From Synechococcus sp. A15-28 (lineage in GTDB: Bacteria; Cyanobacteriota; Cyanobacteriia; PCC-6307; Cyanobiaceae), in assembly GCF_014280175.1 (NCBI RefSeq), contig NZ_CP047931.1, forward strand, positions 1,350,001-1,382,000: a stretch of DNA of 32,000 nt, written 5' to 3'. The notes under the pieces were generated by a model, which saw only the letters and a list, made by a program, of their open reading frames with translations, searched no databases and had not been told where the DNA came from. Shown piece after piece: positions 27,278 through 32,000 of the stretch (positions within the stretch are counted from its first letter, which is position 1; each line of letters opens with the position of its first letter). Made by a program: the position numbers and the translations under genes.

Positions 27278-28285
27278 TCAGAACTGTTCGAGGAAGCGCA
27301 GATCGCTTGTGTAAAGACGGCGGATGTCGTCGATGCCATGGCGCACCATGCAGAACCGCTCCACTCCAAGGCCAGCGGCAAAACCGCTGTAGCGCTCGGG
27401 ATCGAGGCCCAGCCCTTCCAGAACGGCGGGATCAACCATGCCGCAGCCCATCACCTCCAGCCAACGCCCCCGCCACTGCACATCCACCTCGGCTGAGGGC
27501 TCGGTAAAGGGGAAGTAACTGGCCCGGAAGCGAACCGGCAGGTCACCGAAGAACGCCTTGAGGAAGGCCATCACCGTGCCCCGCAGGTGGCTGAAATCGA
27601 GCCCTTCATCAATGGCCAGCACCTCCACCTGATGGAACACCGGCGAATGGGTGGCATCGACGGCATCGCGGCGATAGACCCGTCCGGGGGCGACGATGCG
27701 CACCGGCGGTGGGTTCTGTTCCAGATGGCGGATCTGCACCGGTGAGGTGTGGGTGCGCAGCAGCAGATCACCCTGCAGATAGAAGGTGTCCTGCATGTCC
27801 CGGGCCGGATGGTCCTCGGGAATGTTCAGGGCCGTGAAGTTGTAGTGGTCCTTCTCCACCTCGGGCCCTTCGGCAACGCTGTAGCCGAGGCCGAGGAACA
27901 GATCGACGATCTCCTCGGTGGTGGTGATCAAGGGGTGCCGGTGCCCCATGGGGGTACCAGAGGCAGGGGCCGTCACATCGATGCTCTCGCGGGCGATCCG
28001 CTCCGCCATCGCCGCCTGCTTCACCGCGGCAAGGCGTTCCGCCAGCAGGGTCTGCACCTGGGTCTTGAGCACGTTGGCCCGCTGACCCACCAGCGGGCGT
28101 TCATTGCCCGGCAGCTTGCCCATGGCCCCGAGCACTCCCGAGATCCGTCCCTTCTTGCCCAGCAGACCCACCCGCAGCTGCTCGAGGGCCGCGGCATCGG
28201 CGGCCTCGGAGATTTCGGCTGTGGCCTGCTGTTCGAGCGCATCCAGCTGATCGGTGAGCTGCTGCAGGGTGACCGGGGCGCTCAC
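27278..28285 (-). CDS. pheS: Phenylalanine--tRNA ligase alpha subunit
   Basis: From the GTG at 28285: [10 protein letters not shown]...[16 protein letters not shown]...[20 protein letters not shown]...[12 protein letters not shown]...[12 protein letters not shown], the class II motifs. The rest of the 650-aa track ORF is antisense to surE. Confidence 0.93.
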   Translation of the reverse strand: MSAPVTLQQLTDQLDALEQQATAEISEAADAAALEQLRVGLLGKKGRISGVLGAMGKLPGNERPLVGQRANVLKTQVQTLLAERLAAVKQAAMAERIARESIDVTAPASGTPMGHRHPLITTTEEIVDLFLGLGYSVAEGPEVEKDHYNFTALNIPEDHPARDMQDTFYLQGDLLLRTHTSPVQIRHLEQNPPPVRIVAPGRVYRRDAVDATHSPVFHQVEVLAIDEGLDFSHLRGTVMAFLKAFFGDLPVRFRASYFPFTEPSAEVDVQWRGRWLEVMGCGMVDPAVLEGLGLDPERYSGFAAGLGVERFCMVRHGIDDIRRLYTSDLRFLEQF

Positions 28286-28357
28286 GGGCCTGTGGCGAAA
28301 GGCAGCCGACTGTAAGCAGCCAGCCCGCTTAGGTTCCCCCCACCCACCAGCCAAGCC

Positions 28358-29158
28358 ATGCGGGTCCTGATCAGCAATGACGACGGCGTCTTCGCCGAAG
28401 GCATCCGTACCCTGGCGGCGGCGGCCGTCGCCCGCGGCCATGAGGTCACCGTGGTCTGCCCGGACCAGGAGCGCTCCGCCACAGGCCATGGCCTCACCCT
28501 GCAGACTCCCATCCGCGCGGAACGGGCCGATGAGTTGTTTGTCCCCGGCGTGACCGCCTGGGCCTGTTCCGGTACGCCGGCGGACTGCATGAAGTTGGCC
28601 CTGTTCGAACTGGTGAAGCAAAAACCCGATCTGGTGCTGTCCGGCATCAACCACGGCCCGAACCTGGGCACAGATGTGTTCTGCTCCGGCACCGTCGCCG
28701 CAGCGATGGAGGGAACCCTCGAGGGAATTCCTTCCATGGCGATCAGCAGCGCCTGTTTCCAGTGGCGTCAGTTCCAGGCCGGCGCTGAACTGGCGGTCGA
28801 CGTCGCCGAACAGGCCCTGGCTGATCAATGGCCGGACAATCTGCTGCTCAACCTCAACATTCCCCCCTGCGACCGGGACGCCATGGGGCCGCTGCGCTGG
28901 ACCCGCCTCTCGATCCGCCGTTACGACGAGCAGTTCAGTTCCCGAGTGGACCCCCGGGGTCGGGCCTACTACTGGCTGGCCGGGGAGGTGGTGAACGACC
29001 TGGAGTCCGCCGGTGAAGGTCCGCGGGACTGGCCCAGCGACGTGGCGCAGATCCACAACAACTGCCCATCGCTGACCCCGATCCAACCCGATCTGTTCTG
29101 GCGCGGATCCCTGAGTGGACTGCCGCAGCTGAAGCTGAAGGATCAGCTGGTGCGATAG
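28358..29158 (+). CDS. surE: 5'/3'-nucleotidase SurE
   Basis: [20 protein letters not shown]...[25 protein letters not shown] is the canonical SurE pattern. Confidence 0.93.
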   Translation: MRVLISNDDGVFAEGIRTLAAAAVARGHEVTVVCPDQERSATGHGLTLQTPIRAERADELFVPGVTAWACSGTPADCMKLALFELVKQKPDLVLSGINHGPNLGTDVFCSGTVAAAMEGTLEGIPSMAISSACFQWRQFQAGAELAVDVAEQALADQWPDNLLLNLNIPPCDRDAMGPLRWTRLSIRRYDEQFSSRVDPRGRAYYWLAGEVVNDLESAGEGPRDWPSDVAQIHNNCPSLTPIQPDLFWRGSLSGLPQLKLKDQLVR

Positions 29159-29204
29159 GACTACTGTCACAAAGGCTATAACAGATGTTTGGGCAGTTTT
29201 TACT

Positions 29205-29225
29205 GACTGGACAACGACTGGACAA
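29205..29225. repeat. Tandem direct repeat of the 10-mer GACTGGACAA (11-bp period)
   Basis: GACTGGACAA occurs at 29205-29214 and 29216-29225. A third identical copy is at 29364-29373. Confidence 0.8.
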
Positions 29226-29363
29226 ATCAAAGACAGATCGCGCGCGATGCACGCTCAGATCCGACAAATGCAACGCAAGAAGAAGGTTTTGAAGGCGCAG
29301 GGTGTGTACAGAACCCATTGCAGTCCCGTTCAGCCAATGGCTGGCGAGCAAGGCATGCAACTG

Positions 29364-29373
29364 GACTGGACAA
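29364..29373. repeat. Third copy of GACTGGACAA
   Basis: Exact 10-mer match to the tandem pair at 29205-29225. It is preceded by an extra ACTGG half-unit. Confidence 0.7.
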
Positions 29374-29607
29374 AACCAGGGGTCAAGCCCAGCGCGGACC
29401 GCTAGAGGCCATTGCAAAGCCATACAGCCGCGTCTCTGCGCAGAACGGAGCAGGGGGTATGGGGGAGGTTTGCGGCCGTGCCTATGCGTAAAAGGGGTGC
29501 AGAAATTCCTGTCTGATTTCAAGGCATTTATCTGATGTCAATACAGGCGTCATCAACAGCGTCAACACTGACCTAGTGACTCACATCGTCCCCAAGGTCT
29601 GATTTAA

Positions 29608-29820
29608 GTGGATAGGGTCCTCGGACACTTAAGTCCACTTCTCTTGAACCGGTCCCCAAATTTCGCCTTCATTGGAGGCACTGTGATCATCGCGATCATG
29701 GTCATGACTGCCTTCGCCAATTTGGCAAACGCTGGCGGTTGCCCTTACAGCAAGTCAGCCGAAGCAACTACCCAGAAGATCGACGACACTCAGACCGAAA
29801 AGAAAGAGACCGAGGCTTGA
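29608..29820 (+). CDS. Small hydrophobic-leader protein, possibly a lipoprotein
   Basis: GTG at 29608, or GTG at 29683 preceded by GGAGG. The leader ...IIAIMVMTAFANLANAGGC is followed by a polar tail PYSKSAEATTQKIDDTQTEKKETEA. Confidence 0.3.
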   Translation: MDRVLGHLSPLLLNRSPNFAFIGGTVIIAIMVMTAFANLANAGGCPYSKSAEATTQKIDDTQTEKKETEA

Positions 29821-29880
29821 TCGCTTAGGACAAGCCACAAGCTGTCCCCGCCTAACTGGCACAGTGACTGTTGGGACTCT

Positions 29881-29886
29881 TATGAT
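29881..29886 (+). promoter_or_regulatory. Possible -10 element (TATGAT) for the Yfr2-like transcript
   Basis: TATGAT lies 6 nt upstream of G29893. The -35 is only weak (TGGCAC, ~18 nt upstream). Confidence 0.3.
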
Positions 29887-29892
29887 TAATTT

Positions 29893-29976
29893 GTGAGGAA
29901 AAACCTCGCGGGTTGGAAACAAGGACACAACCCCGTGAAGTTTCGAAGCCCCTGCCTTTGGCGGGGGTTTCTTTTT
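29893..29976 (+). ncRNA. Candidate Yfr2/Cyano-1-family small RNA (~84 nt)
   Basis: 5' GUGAGGA; hairpin GGGUUG-(GAAACAAGGACA)-CAACCC exposing GGAAACA (29915-29921); terminal GC-rich hairpin CCCCUGC/GCGGGGG (29949-29967) followed by UUUCUUUUU. No ORF. Confidence 0.5.
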
Positions 29977-30067
29977 GACCTCATTTATCCACAGGGTCAG
30001 TGGATCAAAACTGTGTCTTTGGGTCACAACAGCCGCTTAGAGCACTATCCCTAGTGCTTCAGGGCAC

Positions 30068-30097
30068 AAAAAAACCCGGTGTGACTCGCACAACGGG
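30068..30097 (-). terminator. Rho-independent terminator on the minus strand
   Basis: Hairpin CCCGGTGTG/CACAACGGG (30075-30097, one mismatch), followed on the minus strand by TTTTTTT (complement of 30068-30074). Confidence 0.55.
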
Positions 30098-30290
30098 CTG
30101 GGTGATGGGGGAAACCTAAATATGGCCTAACCACCTAGTACTGACCAGCCCCACATATGGTGTCAACAAGCGCAGCTCAGATCTGCACCACACAATTGAG
30201 GAACCGTCCTGTTTTGGCACAAATGAGTCCAACGAGGTTAGTTTTGTCGAGTCCGGCCGGGTGATGGGGATCAGCCGAATGGATTAAAGA

Positions 30291-30319
30291 CCTCGGGGAT
30301 CTCTCCGGGGTTTCTTTTT
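30291..30319 (+). terminator. Rho-independent terminator on the plus strand, with the same GGGGTTTCTTTTTG tail as the Yfr2-like RNA
   Basis: Stem CCTCGGG/CTCCGGGG (with G:U pairs) followed by TTTCTTTTT. The 14-nt tail is identical to 29964-29977. Confidence 0.5.
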
Positions 30320-30772
30320 GTCCGCCTCGTCGCCGATGTAGATCCAGGCAGCACCCTCCAGGGCCTAACGGCTCCAAGGGAGGGGGGCTACTGAGGCCGC
30401 GAGAAGAACGCTGTCCTTCCCGAGCGATACGACCATCTGCACAACCAAGTTCGCAGCGCTACTGAGCTTCTCGGCGAACGCACCAAGTCTTTTCAAGATT
30501 CCATTGCACAGAACAGTGTCTCCCACGATCGCTCTCGCAGGAGACAGGGGTTCTGCCAGCTTCGGATCGCTCTCCCGAGGCCGTCGCGTGTGGATGAACT
30601 CCACATGTCCGCACAGAGCAAATATGGAGCCAAGCAGCGTGTTTGGCAACACGTCTTTTGGTCATTTTTGGATTCCAGGAAACGTTAGTGAAGGCTTGTG
30701 AATCAGGTATAAGACAACACTGAAAGCTGGAAGTTCACCCTTTTACTTCAGCTCTGTGGTCTTAACCGTCGA

Positions 30773-30988
30773 TCATGTTTGACGTTCCAGACTCAGCAGA
30801 CTGCGCCTGGCTTGAGCGTCCTCTTGCTTTGCCTCTTCAGCTTCGGCGCGTAGAAAACGCTTTCTTTGAGCGGATTCATAGCCACTCAGGTCTGGCTGCT
30901 TCTCCTCGGCTGGTTTGGGCTTTGGCTTAAGAACTGGCTTGGGCTTATCCAAACCCATCAAAAGTGGGTGGATTCCTCTACGACTCAT
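30773..30988 (-). CDS. Hypothetical Lys/Pro-rich small protein (71 aa)
   Basis: ORF only, with a KPKPVLKPKPKP repeat and a charged C-terminal helix. Confidence 0.3.
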   Translation of the reverse strand: MSRRGIHPLLMGLDKPKPVLKPKPKPAEEKQPDLSGYESAQRKRFLRAEAEEAKQEDAQARRSLLSLERQT

Positions 30989-31344
30989 TTGTTTGATTTG
31001 TTACGCGGTTATCGCGACGTGATCTTCCCGACCCAATCGCATGAATAGATCATGTTGGATCAAAATTTTATTCGTGGTATTGATGAAGACATTTGAAGAC
31101 AACTGTCGACGGCTTAGCGCCTAGGGCGGGGTTAATGGCTTCGCTGTGCTCTCTGGTGCTGGTCCACCACTTTTTTGGAGGATCTTGAACGCCTCGGATC
31201 TATCTGAGAGGCGTGTAACCCTTCTCTCGGTCATCTAGGTCGAGTCGGATAAGACTCTCCGCTCGCCGTAGCCACTTCTGTCTTGATGGACCTGGCGACC
31301 CAAGTCAAAACCCTCTAAAAAACATTTACAGGTTCGGTGTAGCA

Positions 31345-31518
31345 ATGGCTCTTCCCAAGTGGGACACCATGACTGACGAGAGTCAGGCCATGGTCAAGAA
31401 GGTCGGCCTCATCGGTGGTGGAGGCCTCCTCCTGCTTGCCTTCAGCAAGATGCTTTTACCTCTGACCCTGCTCGGCGGAGGTGGCTACGTCGCCTGGCGT
31501 GCCCTCAACAAGAAGTAG
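31345..31518 (+). CDS. Tiny membrane ORF (57 aa; below the track cutoff)
   Basis: Hand translation gives MALPKWDTMTDESQAMVKKVGLIGGGGLLLLAFSKMLLPLTLLGGGGYVAWRALNKK, with two Gly-zipper-like hydrophobic segments. Confidence 0.35.
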   Translation: MALPKWDTMTDESQAMVKKVGLIGGGGLLLLAFSKMLLPLTLLGGGGYVAWRALNKK

Positions 31519-31523
31519 GCGGC

Positions 31524-31670
31524 GTGGAAGACAGCACCAATAAGGCCAGACGAAGACTTCTCATCTGGGCCATCAGCATCAATGTCGTCGCTTGGGGCGG
31601 CTACTTCTATCTGACCAAGGTCATGGGATTCGACTACGAGCTGATGAGGCAGGCCAGGCTGGACGGTTAA
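31524..31670 (+). CDS. Tiny membrane ORF (48 aa, GTG start) 5 nt after the previous one
   Basis: Hand translation gives (M)EDSTNKARRRLLIWAISINVVAWGGYFYLTKVMGFDYELMRQARLDG, with a basic N-terminus and one TM. Confidence 0.3.
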   Translation: MEDSTNKARRRLLIWAISINVVAWGGYFYLTKVMGFDYELMRQARLDG

Positions 31671-31771
31671 GGAGCTAGAGCACGTCGGGCCTTAGCTGAT
31701 TACCTGTTAAGGGGTTTGAGAGGAGATCAGCAGCTGCCAGGCCTTCTCCTTTGCTGGGGGTTGATTTCGGA

Positions 31772-31825
31772 AACGCCCCTGATGGATTCGAACCATCGAC
31801 CGACTGCTTAGAAGGCAGACGCGCT
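31772..31825 (-). pseudogene. Truncated tRNA-Arg(UCU)-like 3' fragment (anticodon arm to acceptor 3' strand); possible att remnant
   Basis: The reverse complement reads ..GCGCG-TCTGC-CTTCTAA-GCAGT-CGGTC-GATGG-TTCGAAT-CCATC-AGGGGCG-T. It has an anticodon loop with UCU and a perfect T arm. No matching 5' acceptor strand or D arm lies upstream. Confidence 0.6.
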
Positions 31826-32000
31826 GTCAGTAGTGCCAGTGCTTATGAGGCACTTTTTCATGCTTGCACGGAACATTTATCTCAGACCTGCCCGTAGTTC
31901 TCGGTAGTTGAACAAAGCCACCTGCCTGCACAAGCATGTGTGCACTTGTTTCCATAGTCCTGAGAGTCAATTGCACCAGCTGATTTCGGGCGTGGTTTGA

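Noticed and set aside
28286-29230. N-terminal 315 codons of the 650-aa track ORF containing pheS
   Set aside because: This part is antisense to the clearly real surE gene. PheS similarity starts at the GTG at 28285 and gives a normal 335-aa protein.
29608-29820. ANAGG-C in the small ORF, considered as a double-glycine (Nif11/prochlorosin-type) leader cleavage site
   Set aside because: The region upstream of the GG is a hydrophobic signal/lipobox-like helix, not the ~60-80 aa amphipathic Nif11 or NHLP leader. No LanM or peptidase-ABC gene is nearby.
1-32000. CRISPR arrays, rRNA, riboswitches (cobalamin near cobL, FMN near ribD)
   Set aside because: No regularly spaced repeats were seen anywhere. 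cobL and ribD have only 33 bp and essentially 0 bp of upstream non-coding sequence, which is too short for a riboswitch.

Overview
This is a GC-rich chromosomal segment whose gene content and protein sequences read like a marine picocyanobacterium of the Synechococcus type. That is an inference from recognisable families, not a database hit. Most of the window is a housekeeping backbone: hisG, gloB, ridA, lexA, argF, ftsH, ribD, cobL, nadK, pheS, surE, ABC transporter components, a K+ channel, an SRAP peptidase, a GH116 glycosidase and a sulfotransferase. Many of these genes sit in tightly coupled operons with 1-4 nt stop/start overlaps. Two visibly AT-richer accessory stretches interrupt the backbone. 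The first runs from about 6.0 to 11.15 kb and ends at the 3' side of a tRNA-Ala(GGC). It carries an SPFH/prohibitin gene, a fibrillin-like gene, small leader-bearing ORFs and a DUF1651-like gene, with no integrase. The second runs from about 29.16 kb to the window end. It is dense in hairpins and terminators and contains an iteron-like 10-mer repeat, a Yfr2-like sRNA candidate, tiny membrane ORFs and a truncated tRNA-Arg(UCU) 3' fragment that looks like an att remnant. Other notable points are an AraC-family gene broken by one in-frame TAA, an OmpR-type regulator with a degenerate receiver domain in a nadK-RR-DUF192 operon, a sulfotransferase-small ORF-GH116 operon, and inverted DUF1651-like paralogs bracketing tRNA-Ala and lexA. 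I saw no CRISPR array, transposase or integrase. The many long ORFs antisense to real genes look like high-GC shadow ORFs. I cannot point to a clearly new multi-gene system. The most promising leads are the sRNA/repeat-rich island after surE and the cargo of the tRNA-Ala island.
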